In this document: positions 9,290-19,368 of the stretch, one piece after another
Position numbering within the stretch: the first letter of the stretch is position 1
How the letters are laid out: each line of letters starts with the position of its first letter
Position numbers and translations under genes: made by a program
The notes under the pieces: model-generated
Seen by the model: the letters and a program-made list of their open reading frames with translations, nothing else
What the model was told of the DNA's origin: nothing
Databases searched by the model: none
Assembly: GCA_017408825.1 (NCBI GenBank)
Contig: JAFQTX010000027.1
Coordinates: 39,406 to 103,405, forward strand
Direction of reading: 5' to 3'
DNA from: Alistipes sp.
GTDB taxonomy: Bacteria > Bacteroidota > Bacteroidia > Bacteroidales > Rikenellaceae
DNA: 64,000 bases

Positions 9290-11575
9290 CTAATAGGCAT
9301 CGCGGATACAGCGGATAGCCCATGAGTTGTCGTCTGCATTGTTCTGGCTGGTATTTCCGTCGTTCTTACGGTTGAACACAGGACCCGATGCCGAGTAGTA
9401 GAAGTCTGCATTTAGCAGGTAGTCGATAGCGTCGGCACTCTGCGACGATGTACCCTGAAGCTCGATGATGATGCGTAGCTCGCTGGCTGTAGGCAGTCGC
9501 CAATCATCGTATACCGTGCCATCGTCAGCCACCTCAACATAGTATGCGCAGTGGTCACGAGATACTGATAGACGTCTTGTTAGGTTGCTTGCTGCATTTA
9601 AGCCGCCTGAGTTTACGAAACCAAGACGTGATGCAATCATAAATGATGGCGACACAAGTGCTGCATTATCCTCTCCTGGATCGGTGTACTCGAAGTCTAC
9701 ATATTGGTTGGTAGTCTTACGTGGCACGCCAAGGTTGTAGTCGGCAGATGATGCTGTGATACGTACGTGGTACATTCGGGCATTACCTGGATCCTGCGCC
9801 CCTGAGTAGTTTAGTGTGTATGGCTGCGAGCTATACCATCTACTCCAATAGTAGTAGTCGATATCTGAGCGACCACGATAGCTATCACGACTATCTGTTG
9901 ATTCGTAGGTGCTACTTACAACCTTTGATGACCAGAAACCTCCAGGACTTGTGTTGTAGTTGTAGCTCCAGCGTCCTGTTGTAGAGTTCCAGCTACCCAA
10001 CGATACTGATGCATAGCGTGATCCCTGGTTGTAGATGGTCGTAGGGGCTTGGTTGCCTGTCTTGAAGTCGTCACGATAAGAGTAGTGTCCAAGGATATTA
10101 ACAACGTATACCAATGGGTACTGCTCCACATAGACAATCTCCTGCTCGCCCGTCTGGTTGGTAATCACAAGCGTGAAGTAGCGAACGGTGTTGTTCGTAG
10201 GGATGTCGCTTCGGACGGTGATATTACCCGAGAGCGCACCACTTTCGGTGCTACCAGAGATGTTATAGGCATAGGCTGATATAGTCTGCTTAGTGCCAAA
10301 CTTGTCGATGTAGTAGCAATCCCTTACCTCGATGGTAACGGCCGATGATGACGAGAAGAGCAACGACGTAGCGTCAATGTTGGTGTTGTAGATCTTCAGC
10401 TCATTAAGGTTTACCTTGAGGTATGTAGGACCTGTCTCGCCACCAATGTTGATGCTCTGCTCGGTCCATGGGTGTACGCTATACTTAAGGTTGGTAATGT
10501 CTACTGGCTCAGAGAAGTCCTCAGCTCCTGGGGCGTTTACGTTAGCTGTAACCTCGTAGTAGTGGTTGCGCTCGAACTTAAACTCACGGCTAAGGGGTAC
10601 CTGATAGTAGTTGTTGGGGTGAGACGTGGTGGTCTCAACACCCTCAACCTCGGTAGTGTAGAGCGCTGGGATGTCGATGATAAGGTTGGTAGCATACTCA
10701 AAGCTATTACCCGTCTCCCATGTGTGGCTATATACGTAGAGCGTAACCTCAACACCTATGATGTTGCCATCAGCATCACGCATCCACTTATAGTACTCGC
10801 TCATCGACTCGTGGGTAGTCTCAAGCTCCTCACTCTGGCGCAAGACACCATCGTTCATCACACGTGTTTGATATGGGGTGTTACGCATATAGTAGCCTGC
10901 CGACGAGCCTGCCATAGTGTTGGTGAATGTCATCTTCTCGGCCGAGAGTAGCTTTACAACAACCTTTGCTGCGGCACGACGAAGAGTGACGTTGAGCTCT
11001 ACGGTGTCGGTAATCTTATCTGTTGCGATGGTTATAGCATCCGCTGTGGCTGGCTCTGAAGCACCCATATAGGCTGTGCCATCCATCAAGAAGTGTGATG
11101 GGGTGTGCTGAAGACCTGTGGCAGTGAGATGAACGTTGTAGTTCTGCTGCGTAAGATCGAAGAGCGCCTCAGCATTGCCTATATTTGCGTAGGTATCGGC
11201 CGAGAGGGTGCTGTTGGCAACAACATATACCCAGTACTTTGCACCAATCTCGATAGAGTCGATATCTACATCAAGGCGTACCTGACCCTCAGGGCCTGCT
11301 GCTGTGGCACGCTCGTGGTAGAACAGCGTCTTGGCATCCTCCGTTGCGCCATCCTCGAAGATCATAATGTCGAGGTGCGTGATGGCATACTCGCGTGCGG
11401 TATCGGCCATATCGTCGGCACGTGTCTCAAGCCCTAACTCTCCGCCCGCAATGTTGAGGACGATAGCTCGCTCTGCCACGGGGGTAGTGCCCGCAACATC
11501 GTCGATGTCGCTATGACACGCCACAGCCGTAGTGCCGAGGAGGAGGACCATCATATATTTTATATATCGTTTCAT
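9290..11575 (-). CDS. Type V pilus tip pilin with C-terminal C-type-lectin-like (DUF1566-like) domain
   Basis: Lipobox AVAC; LETR/A site; YVVAN, LRRAAAKV, FERNHYYEV; C-terminal WRLPTASEL...AIRCIRD. Confidence 0.75.
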   Translation of the reverse strand: MKRYIKYMMVLLLGTTAVACHSDIDDVAGTTPVAERAIVLNIAGGELGLETRADDMADTAREYAITHLDIMIFEDGATEDAKTLFYHERATAAGPEGQVRLDVDIDSIEIGAKYWVYVVANSTLSADTYANIGNAEALFDLTQQNYNVHLTATGLQHTPSHFLMDGTAYMGASEPATADAITIATDKITDTVELNVTLRRAAAKVVVKLLSAEKMTFTNTMAGSSAGYYMRNTPYQTRVMNDGVLRQSEELETTHESMSEYYKWMRDADGNIIGVEVTLYVYSHTWETGNSFEYATNLIIDIPALYTTEVEGVETTTSHPNNYYQVPLSREFKFERNHYYEVTANVNAPGAEDFSEPVDITNLKYSVHPWTEQSINIGGETGPTYLKVNLNELKIYNTNIDATSLLFSSSSAVTIEVRDCYYIDKFGTKQTISAYAYNISGSTESGALSGNITVRSDIPTNNTVRYFTLVITNQTGEQEIVYVEQYPLVYVVNILGHYSYRDDFKTGNQAPTTIYNQGSRYASVSLGSWNSTTGRWSYNYNTSPGGFWSSKVVSSTYESTDSRDSYRGRSDIDYYYWSRWYSSQPYTLNYSGAQDPGNARMYHVRITASSADYNLGVPRKTTNQYVDFEYTDPGEDNAALVSPSFMIASRLGFVNSGGLNAASNLTRRLSVSRDHCAYYVEVADDGTVYDDWRLPTASELRIIIELQGTSSQSADAIDYLLNADFYYSASGPVFNRKNDGNTSQNNADDNSWAIRCIRDAY

Positions 11576-11591
11576 AGTCTATTGCCGATTT

Positions 11592-13181
11592 TTATTTTGT
11601 TACCTGTTGGATGTCGATAATTCGTGGCTCTGTGCCGCTGTTAGGCCAGAAGACGTGGTCTACCTCGCCGTTGATAAGCAGGTAGCGAGAGCCTGCTCCC
11701 ATCCAATCCTGCGTGTAGGTGATACCGAAGTGCACGACGCCTGTATAGTCGGGATCGGTAGGTATAACCTTGATGTTGTACCAGCCAGAGTAGGCAACAA
11801 GCTTAGAGCCATCCTTCAGCGATGCATCAGCCGCACTCTCGGTGGTGTATACCAGCTCACGGGTTATGGCATCTATCTCCTTGTATACACGAATCTCGCA
11901 GTTCGACGAGTTACGCAGTGTGGGTAGCCATGTTTGGTCGATAGGACCTACCATCTGGAACCAGCACGAGAATGCTCCCTCCTCGTTGCTGATAGCACCA
12001 ATGGTGTTAGGTGCTACGTAGTACATCGTAGGCTGCTCGGGGTATAGGTCGTTCGACGAGTCGCCATCACGTGTAGCCGTATCGGGAAGTACGGGGTTGT
12101 GGTAGTTAGGGTAGTCGAAGTGCTGTACCCACTCCCAAGCATCGCTACGCTCCCAGTCGGCAACCTCGTAGTTCAGCACAAGTGCGCCACTCTTCACCTC
12201 GGTGATGCGGAAGCGATAGATGGTGTTACGTACAATCTTAGCTGCATTGCCCGTAGGACGACCATCGACATAGCTCTTAAACTGAAGAGCATCGGCAAAG
12301 GTCATCGGCACACCGCCATTGTTTACCGAAACAGAGATCTTAGCCTCGTAGTCGGCGAAGAGGGTGTTGTTGTACTCTGGAAGGTAGATGATGAACTTAC
12401 GGCCCGTCTCAACCTCTGTTAGGCTGTGAGGTGTTGAGCGCAACGAGCGGAAGCTTCGGAATACTCCGTCACGATCCAAAGCCTCGGTGCTTTGTGTGGT
12501 GTCCCAGCCCGCAGGAAGAGCATAACCCTCACGGTTGTGGAAGTTGATGGTTGCATCGGTAAGAGTAAGTCCTGAGAGCGACTCATCAATGAGTACCTCT
12601 ACCTTAGCTACGGCACGAAGCAGCGAGATTACGCCAAGCTCCTGAACTCTATTGTTGAGCAGAGCGCTGATATTCACCTGCTTAACGCCCCACATAGGTA
12701 TTGCACCATCCTTCAAATCGATGTCGTCGATAGTGTAGCGGATCTCTGAGTTGTCACCCTCCGAGCAGTTGGCATATACCATAAACTTATACTCAGGGGC
12801 GGTGCCTGCGGCAAGACCTGAGGCGTGCTCGAGCAATGCTACGGGAACCTTACCGTTGAACTGGTAGCGTGTGCCGTCGTCGTTAATGGGCCAATAGACG
12901 AGGCTCTCAACGTCGCCAATATGCTGGTTTGCGGTGGTGAAGATGCCAACACGAAGGCTCGAGGGACGTATTCTGTTCTCGAAGTTTGTGCCGATCTCAT
13001 CCGTAGGATCTGTGTCACCCCACGTAGCACGTGTGGTGCTTGGAGCGTCGATGGCAAGGACAAAGTTGATGCTGTGCACCTCATCCAACGAGGGGCAGTC
13101 GCCGTACTCGTAGATAGAGTTACACGACACAAGATAGAGTCCTGCTATCGCTAACGCTATATTTCTAATTATATCTCTCAT
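11592..13181 (-). CDS. Type V pilus minor pilin
   Basis: Lipobox LVSC; TTR/A site; MVYAN, LLRAVAKVEV, IVRNTIYRFRI. Confidence 0.75.
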   Translation of the reverse strand: MRDIIRNIALAIAGLYLVSCNSIYEYGDCPSLDEVHSINFVLAIDAPSTTRATWGDTDPTDEIGTNFENRIRPSSLRVGIFTTANQHIGDVESLVYWPINDDGTRYQFNGKVPVALLEHASGLAAGTAPEYKFMVYANCSEGDNSEIRYTIDDIDLKDGAIPMWGVKQVNISALLNNRVQELGVISLLRAVAKVEVLIDESLSGLTLTDATINFHNREGYALPAGWDTTQSTEALDRDGVFRSFRSLRSTPHSLTEVETGRKFIIYLPEYNNTLFADYEAKISVSVNNGGVPMTFADALQFKSYVDGRPTGNAAKIVRNTIYRFRITEVKSGALVLNYEVADWERSDAWEWVQHFDYPNYHNPVLPDTATRDGDSSNDLYPEQPTMYYVAPNTIGAISNEEGAFSCWFQMVGPIDQTWLPTLRNSSNCEIRVYKEIDAITRELVYTTESAADASLKDGSKLVAYSGWYNIKVIPTDPDYTGVVHFGITYTQDWMGAGSRYLLINGEVDHVFWPNSGTEPRIIDIQQVTK

Positions 13182-13202
13182 AGCTCTAAGGTTTTAGGGT
13201 TA

Positions 13203-14234
13203 TTAGAGAATGTCGTTGTTAAAAACTACTCTCCAAGAGTTTACGATGATTGATGCTGAGAGCCAGTTGCCATCCTCGTCGAGGAAGAAAGTCATATTGT
13301 ACTCATCCTGGCGGTCGAGATACTCCTGATTGCTCATATCACGGTTGTAGTTGCCCTTAACCAATAGTGCATAGTCGGCAACAGGGATTGAGAGCACCCT
13401 CTTCTCCTCCTCAATGTTGTAGATAGTAAGGATAGGGCTCTGGCCATTAATCATACGGTTGATGGTGAACTCTGCAACAGCTACAGATACCTCATCGCTA
13501 CGTGTCACTGAGCTTGTTCCGTAGTCGGGAGCTACGTCGGCACTACCTGTTGCTACACTCCAAGGCTCGTAGATAAGTGTACCATCGGCAATCACGTCGT
13601 TGTTCCAATCCAATAGGCCATTGTCGGCAGTAATCTCGTAGCGGAACTTATCGGCTACAAGGCCGTCAGACATCTGCTGAAGTACGATACGCACCACGTT
13701 GGTATCCTTCGTAAGCGACATTGTCTCAGTGAAAGTGCCAGGCTCGGTAGTGTAGTTGAGTGTTTTTGAGGCGTGGAACAGAGGCTTCAAATCCTGAGAT
13801 ACCTTGCTCTCAACACTCTTTAGCTTCACCTGAAGCTCCTGCTTCTTGGTCTGGCCCACCTTGACATCTGCCAATAGGTCGAATGACTCCTCGTCGAGGA
13901 TGCCTGCCCACGCAACAAGCTCATACTTGCCGCTCTCAAGCTCCAAAGGAATTGAGAAATTGTCGGTCTTGAGCTTCGCCTCGTCGCTCTCGGTGATAGC
14001 CTCAACAAGAGTGTCGTTAGAGTCGAAAACGTAGAGAGCTACGGACTTAACCTCGTTGGCAAAAGCATCGGCAAACTTCATGTTGTAGTCGTACTTAAAC
14101 TCGATGTTGTAGTACGTACCGCAGTCGCCTTCACCCTCGTAGATGAATCCCTCCTTACAAGAGCTGGTCGATAGTGCTATGAACAAAGTGGCCAGCATCA
14201 AACCCCACTTACAAATTTTAGCTTGGGTCTTCAT
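13203..14234 (-). CDS. FimB/Mfa2-family pilus anchor subunit
   Basis: Lipoprotein with FKYDYNMKFADAF, LYVFD, YELVAWAG, QEYLDRQDEYNMTFFLD..INSW, typical of Bacteroidales Mfa2 proteins; directly after the major pilin. Confidence 0.85.
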   Translation of the reverse strand: MKTQAKICKWGLMLATLFIALSTSSCKEGFIYEGEGDCGTYYNIEFKYDYNMKFADAFANEVKSVALYVFDSNDTLVEAITESDEAKLKTDNFSIPLELESGKYELVAWAGILDEESFDLLADVKVGQTKKQELQVKLKSVESKVSQDLKPLFHASKTLNYTTEPGTFTETMSLTKDTNVVRIVLQQMSDGLVADKFRYEITADNGLLDWNNDVIADGTLIYEPWSVATGSADVAPDYGTSSVTRSDEVSVAVAEFTINRMINGQSPILTIYNIEEEKRVLSIPVADYALLVKGNYNRDMSNQEYLDRQDEYNMTFFLDEDGNWLSASIIVNSWRVVFNNDIL

Positions 14235-14425
14235 TGTTTTATACTTTTTATGTTTTACTTATTTTCGTTCTTGTTAGTCCGAGTCCGTGACTCTATATGT
14301 TATCCTCGCCTATGGAGGTTGTTATCTTCAATTTTGGTGGAAGTGCCCTCGTGGGCTCTTCATATCGTCATCTCTCTTTGCACCGATGTCGAAGGTGCGC
14401 CCCGCCTGAGGCCTCTAAAGTGTTA

Positions 14426-14463
14426 GAAAAAAGGGCCCGCCGACACTCCCGCCAAGCGGGCCC
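14426..14463 (-). terminator. Intrinsic terminator/attenuator after the major pilin gene
   Basis: Stem AGGGCCCGC/GCGGGCCCT followed by a T-run on the minus strand. Confidence 0.75.
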
Positions 14464-14496
14464 TAAATCAGATAGATTCTATCTCAGAACCTGTTG

Positions 14497-16032
14497 TTAC
14501 TCAAGGGTTACATTGTTTGAAACTACACGCCATGAGAGAACGTTGATCTCTGCCGAGATGTAGGTCTCCTTGTCGGTAGGCTTCACTGGAGTCTCAATCT
14601 CCATATTAGGATCGTAAACAGGAGTACCCCAACCTGCTACGCCTGTGACGTTGATCTTGTAGCTGTGGTTACGTACGATACCATAAGCATCACCAATGTG
14701 CTTAACGTCGGCATAGTAGTAAGTCTGGCCATTGTTCCAAACCTTTGCAGGCTCAATCTTTGCAAGCTCTCCGTTTACGTCAGCGACAGCTGTGTACTGA
14801 GTGCCGTCGAATGAGTACCAACCGGTCATAGGAGCATCTGCTGCGAGTTGGAACTTAACCTCGTAGCTCTCTGCGCCAAGAAGGCCTGCTACGCACTGAA
14901 GCTGTGAGTCGTCGATAGAGGTATATACGTTGTTACCACCCTCGGTTGTGAGCAACATGAGCTTGTTCTTAAGTGTTGGAGCTACAGCTGCCAAGAGAGC
15001 ATCCTCGCCAATGTAGTTTGTGCCGTACCACTGTGCAATCTCGATAGCGTTGCCATCAGCATCCTGAAGAGTTGCCGATACGATATACTTTGTACGGTCG
15101 GTGTTAGCAGCGTTTACATGCTCGCCAAGATACTCTACAGTGTCGTCGTTGTTAGTTAGCGCAGCTGGTGTGAATGCGTTAGATACAGCTACGGTTGAGG
15201 TCTTACCTGTCCAGTATGAGCGGAAATATGCTGCATCGTTCCATACGAAGCCAAGCTCTGCATCGGTCCAAGCAGCGTCGATGCTCTTTACGAAGTATGA
15301 CTCATCCTGAGTAGCTACTAAATCCCAGCCATTAACCTTTGCATATACCTCCTTCTCGCCTACCTTAACACCTGTGTTGAAGGCTGCGGTGCCAGCCTTA
15401 ACATTTGCCTTAGCTACGGTGCGCTCCACGTAGATAGTAACAGGGTTTTGCTCAGCCTTATCAATCGATGTCTGGAAATGATCGATTGTGAGTGGTGTTG
15501 CATCAACGACCTCACCAGCACCATTTACATATGCCGAGTTGGTCATGATGAACTGTGAGCCAGAGGTGTGACCTACGGTAGTAAGGGTATTCTTAAGGTC
15601 GTTCAACGAGAGGTTTGTGGTGCCTGTGTAGTTAACTACAGCAACAACCTTTGCTGGGAACTCGCCCTTATACTTCTCAACAACCAATACTGGGTCGGTC
15701 ATAGACTCAATATTTGGAGCCTCAACACCACCATTATCTGCAACACCCACGTTGTAGTAGTTGCCATTAGCATTTACGTTGAATGGGTTGCCCGCAGCAT
15801 CGAAGAAGAAGAAACATGCCGTTGAGATTGCCTGCTCCTCAGCAGTACCATCCTCATAGGTGTCTCCGGCACCTCGTGTAACGTCATCTGTAGACTTAAG
15901 GTTAATTGCAAGGTAGCCCTTATCGCCACCACCGATGCCCGCCTGTGGGGTATTGCCAGCATCCTCAACCTTTTCTGAGCAAGCTACTGCGCCAAGAGCA
16001 GCAAGCGCCAATGCGAAATACTTAATTTTCAT
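14497..16032 (-). CDS. Mfa1/FimA-family major pilin (type V pilus stalk)
   Basis: Lipobox AVAC; VTR/G site; FFFFD, MTNSAY, IYVERTVAK, YGIVRNHSYKINV; C-terminal donor strand INVLSWRVV. Confidence 0.88.
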   Translation of the reverse strand: MKIKYFALALAALGAVACSEKVEDAGNTPQAGIGGGDKGYLAINLKSTDDVTRGAGDTYEDGTAEEQAISTACFFFFDAAGNPFNVNANGNYYNVGVADNGGVEAPNIESMTDPVLVVEKYKGEFPAKVVAVVNYTGTTNLSLNDLKNTLTTVGHTSGSQFIMTNSAYVNGAGEVVDATPLTIDHFQTSIDKAEQNPVTIYVERTVAKANVKAGTAAFNTGVKVGEKEVYAKVNGWDLVATQDESYFVKSIDAAWTDAELGFVWNDAAYFRSYWTGKTSTVAVSNAFTPAALTNNDDTVEYLGEHVNAANTDRTKYIVSATLQDADGNAIEIAQWYGTNYIGEDALLAAVAPTLKNKLMLLTTEGGNNVYTSIDDSQLQCVAGLLGAESYEVKFQLAADAPMTGWYSFDGTQYTAVADVNGELAKIEPAKVWNNGQTYYYADVKHIGDAYGIVRNHSYKINVTGVAGWGTPVYDPNMEIETPVKPTDKETYISAEINVLSWRVVSNNVTLE

Positions 16033-16097
16033 AATTTTGAGTTTTTAGGTTATTAGTTAATTTGTTATCTTATCCTAAATCTATATGTTGTATATGA

Positions 16098-17543
16098 TTA
16101 TTTCTTTGTCTGCGTAACCTTCCAGTGGTTGCTTACGGCCTCGATAACGGCCTCAGCCTCCTTGATGCCACGCTCCTTAGCACGCTCGAGGTGTGGGAGT
16201 GATGCTACGTAGTCCTCCTTGAGCACCTCGATGCAACCACGTGAGTAGTCTACCTCGGGGCGGTCGCCAGCCTTGTCGAGATACTTGGCCGCACGCTCGT
16301 AGTCGCCCTTATCCATAGCCGAGTTTGCAGCGTTGAAGTTGGCAATCTCGTCGTTAGGGAACATTCGTACGGCAATCTCCCAAAGCTCGTCAAGCTCAGC
16401 GCTGCCCGACTCGTAGGTCTCGGCGAGGATGTAGAACTCCTCCAACGAGAGCTTCTGAGGTGCGGTGTTCATGATGCGCTCAATCTCCGCCGGTTTGCTA
16501 TACTGGCGCACGTTGTACTCGATAACGTAGTCTGAGTGACGAAGTGCAGGGTAGCAGTTCTCAAGCAAGAACTTGTAGTCGGCAGCGTACTTGCTCTTGA
16601 TGAGCCACTCCTTGCGGTCGGGCTCCTCGTCAGAGCGGATAAGCTTCAAAATAGCATCCTTGTTCTCAAGGTTAGATGCCTCGACATAGCGCTCAAGACC
16701 TGCCCAGTCCTCAGGCTCGTAAGATGTGGCGATGAAGCCAGCATCGAACTTATAGAGCTTCTCAACATAGCGCTTCAAAGCCTCGGTACGACCCTTTGCC
16801 AGACGGGTGTTGTTTGAGTAGGGACTCTCGGGCGATGCAAAACCCTTGATCGAGATCGCTGTGATGGTGATGTCGGCATCACCCTTTACAGAGTCGATAG
16901 TACCCGTGATCTTCGCAAGCTCAGCAGTGTTGTTGCGATAGGTTGGGCGAATGTCGGTCTTGTTCACTGGGAAGTCGATGAATGCGCTGCCGCTCAACGA
17001 ACGCATCTTGGTCTTCTCGGCCTCAGGACGTATATATATGAGTGTAGGATCGTAAGGCTCGAGTGGGAAGCGCTCGATAAGCACGTCGCCCTGCTTGCCA
17101 AGCTCCGTGTTGTTGCAACCGCAGTCCTCGCGCTCGAAGATAAGCTGGCAACCATCCATCCACTCCTCGAAGGGTACTACTGCGTGGTAGTGTATAAGCT
17201 CTGGAAGCTTATTGCTGCGATACGAGAGGTCGTCGCCCGATGTGGGAGCCTGCTCCTCGTTGCGCTGGTAGTAGAAGTGGCGGTTGCGACCATATACACC
17301 CACCGACCTGAGTGCTACCGACATAGTGTCGCGCACGATATGTGGGGTGAATACTACGGTCTGCGTGCCCTTGACGTCGAGTTGCGAGATGTCGAGGTCC
17401 ATATCTACGATCACAAAGCTACCGCTGCGCTCCATTGTGTAGCTCTCGATGGTTACACCATTAAGCGTCTGTGCATCGGCTGCCAACACTCCGGTTAGCA
17501 ATGCCGCCATTATAGTAAGAATTCGTCTCATCGTAGTAGTCAT
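16098..17543 (-). CDS. DUF3868 / OmpA-like / TPR protein of pilus loci
   Basis: AFIDFPVNKTDI, IKGFASPESPYSNNTRLAKGRT, EDWAGL, YPALR; C-terminal TPR-like helices. Confidence 0.85.
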   Translation of the reverse strand: MTTTMRRILTIMAALLTGVLAADAQTLNGVTIESYTMERSGSFVIVDMDLDISQLDVKGTQTVVFTPHIVRDTMSVALRSVGVYGRNRHFYYQRNEEQAPTSGDDLSYRSNKLPELIHYHAVVPFEEWMDGCQLIFEREDCGCNNTELGKQGDVLIERFPLEPYDPTLIYIRPEAEKTKMRSLSGSAFIDFPVNKTDIRPTYRNNTAELAKITGTIDSVKGDADITITAISIKGFASPESPYSNNTRLAKGRTEALKRYVEKLYKFDAGFIATSYEPEDWAGLERYVEASNLENKDAILKLIRSDEEPDRKEWLIKSKYAADYKFLLENCYPALRHSDYVIEYNVRQYSKPAEIERIMNTAPQKLSLEEFYILAETYESGSAELDELWEIAVRMFPNDEIANFNAANSAMDKGDYERAAKYLDKAGDRPEVDYSRGCIEVLKEDYVASLPHLERAKERGIKEAEAVIEAVSNHWKVTQTKK

Positions 17544-17545
17544 AC

Positions 17546-18127
17546 TTAAAATAGATAAACCAAATTAATCGCCGCCTTGGTAGGACCAAAGTAGTGGTGA
17601 TCAGACTCACCTATGTTGCGGCCACAACCCGTACAGCTGAATATGTCGTAGTTGAAATAGGTGTAACCAACACCAATCTCGAGCTCAAGGTTCCAGTGTT
17701 TGCCGAGGATGAAGGCGTAGCCATAAGCGACACCGGCACCCACGCCCCAACCCTGATAGCGCTTATCGGTGAAGTTCTTAAATGGGGTGCCCAGGAACGT
17801 AACATTGTTCTTGATGCCTGTGATGTTGTACTGGCCACCGATGGCGTGGAAGCCGAGGAAGTGACGCGAGAAGCGGTCGCAGAACCAGTAGCGAGCCTCG
17901 GGCTGCGCAAACCAGTGACGCCACTTGGTGTCCTCGTCGATGTCCCAAGCGTTGAGGTTACCAGAGATGTCGAGTGTCCACTTAGGAGCAAGACCTATCT
18001 CAACACCGAGGTTCACGGTTGCCGTAGCATCGTAGAGTAGGTTTGTCTTAACAGCGACATCCTGTGCCTTGGCATGTGTGAAGCACAATAGGCCAAGTAG
18101 CAGAGTGATGTAGAACTTTAGTTTCAT
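17546..18127 (-). CDS. DUF3575 outer-membrane beta-barrel protein
   Basis: AVKTNLLYDAT, QPEARYWFC, HWNLELEIGVGY, YFGPTKAAINLVYLF. Confidence 0.92.
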   Translation of the reverse strand: MKLKFYITLLLGLLCFTHAKAQDVAVKTNLLYDATATVNLGVEIGLAPKWTLDISGNLNAWDIDEDTKWRHWFAQPEARYWFCDRFSRHFLGFHAIGGQYNITGIKNNVTFLGTPFKNFTDKRYQGWGVGAGVAYGYAFILGKHWNLELEIGVGYTYFNYDIFSCTGCGRNIGESDHHYFGPTKAAINLVYLF

Positions 18128-18860
18128 AACCTTATTGTTTTAATTTATTTAAGTCTTTAATAAAAGTGGGCTATTGACTCAGTAGTCTCTGTCTGCATAT
18201 TATGTGTAACTGATTATAACCAATTCAATTACTGGTTAAAAAATTTATCCACACCAAATATTGTATTTTTAATCCTAACTATGAGTTTTTTGTTCTTTTA
18301 TCTGTTGCAAATATGGGTTAAAAAAATCATATCTGCAATAGTCTTGAATAAAAAAGTAGCAATATGTCTTTTTTTTAGATACATTATCTTTTTGACTTTT
18401 TTTCTTATTTGCCATTTTTTCATTGGTGGATATAAAGTCAATGTTAATTATATTCTTTTTTATGACGAAAGTGGTCTATTGGTATTTTAACCCTCTATAA
18501 GGCACAAAATAGCGCATAAAGTGCTGTGAAGAGCTGTTTGGAATAAAAATATTAGTTTATTATTCTATTTCATTTATTAATTAGTCAAATTGTTCTCTTT
18601 TACCAATGTTTGGTCGAAGAATAAAAAATCAATATTTTTTTACTCGCGCGCTGAATATTTTTATTTTTAAGTAAAAAATGGAGTATTATGACTAAAGTAG
18701 CATCTAATGGTTGAATGGTATAATTGGGGATTTCGATGATAAAACAATAAAAATTATATTTCGGTTTGTTTACAAAAATTTGTCTTTAATTGAACTTTTT
18801 AACTTTTGAAGAGCAAATTTAATCACATTCAACTTTAAGAGTTTATTCATATTTTATGCA
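18128..18860 (-). promoter_or_regulatory. Very AT-rich upstream region of the pilus operon with candidate Bacteroidota -7 elements
   Basis: About 730 bp non-coding and AT-rich; minus-strand TAAATTTG near 18814-18821 and CATATTTG near 18307-18314. Confidence 0.45.
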
Positions 18861-19045
18861 TCGTGCATCTCGGGCGGTGCTGTTGATGTGGGGCAGAATG
18901 GAGTTTAATGGCGCAGTGAGCATAGAGAGTTATGCTAACGTCCATTGATGTTGCTGAGTATGTTGCTTGGTAATTTTGATAGTAAACCGTAGATGCGCCA
19001 ATAAAATGTATGGGCCTTTTGCGCTTAATGTCCTATTATCTTTTC

Positions 19046-19128
19046 TTAGGACCATTAGGACCGTTATGACTATTAAGACCATTACGAGGTCGAGTGTCAT
19101 CGTGTCAGCAGTCTTAGTCTCTTAAGAC
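19046..19128. repeat. 9-nt tandem repeat element (TTARGACCR x4 plus TTACGAGGTCG tail)
   Basis: TTAGGACCA TTAGGACCG TTATGACTA TTAAGACCA TTACGAGGTCG; same unit and tail recur at 63593 and 63712. Confidence 0.8.
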
Positions 19129-19132
19129 CCAA

Positions 19133-19162
19133 CAAAAAAAGCCCCGATATATATCGAGGCTT
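19133..19162 (-). terminator. tRNA terminator
   Basis: Minus strand AAGCCTCGATATATATCGGGGCTTTTTTTT. Confidence 0.8.
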
Positions 19163-19169
19163 GGCGGTG

Positions 19170-19243
<74 letters not shown>

Positions 19244-19368
19244 AACGTTTTCACGTCTTGCGGTTGCAAAGATAGCAAAAATTTCGCAAATCTATAATTT
19301 ATAATAAAAAAAATAGAAATTCTCCTATGCAACACCCTTGTCCTACCGCATTATATATAGTATAGGTA

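Noticed and set aside
18245-18253. Perfect DnaA box TTATCCACA suggesting oriC
   Set aside because: A single 9-mer in an AT-rich tract is plausible by chance in 64 kb; no cluster of good boxes surrounds it.
18281-18490. 69 aa ORF in the AT-rich region
   Set aside because: Phe/Ile/Leu-rich translation of T-tracts with atypical codon use; probably spurious.
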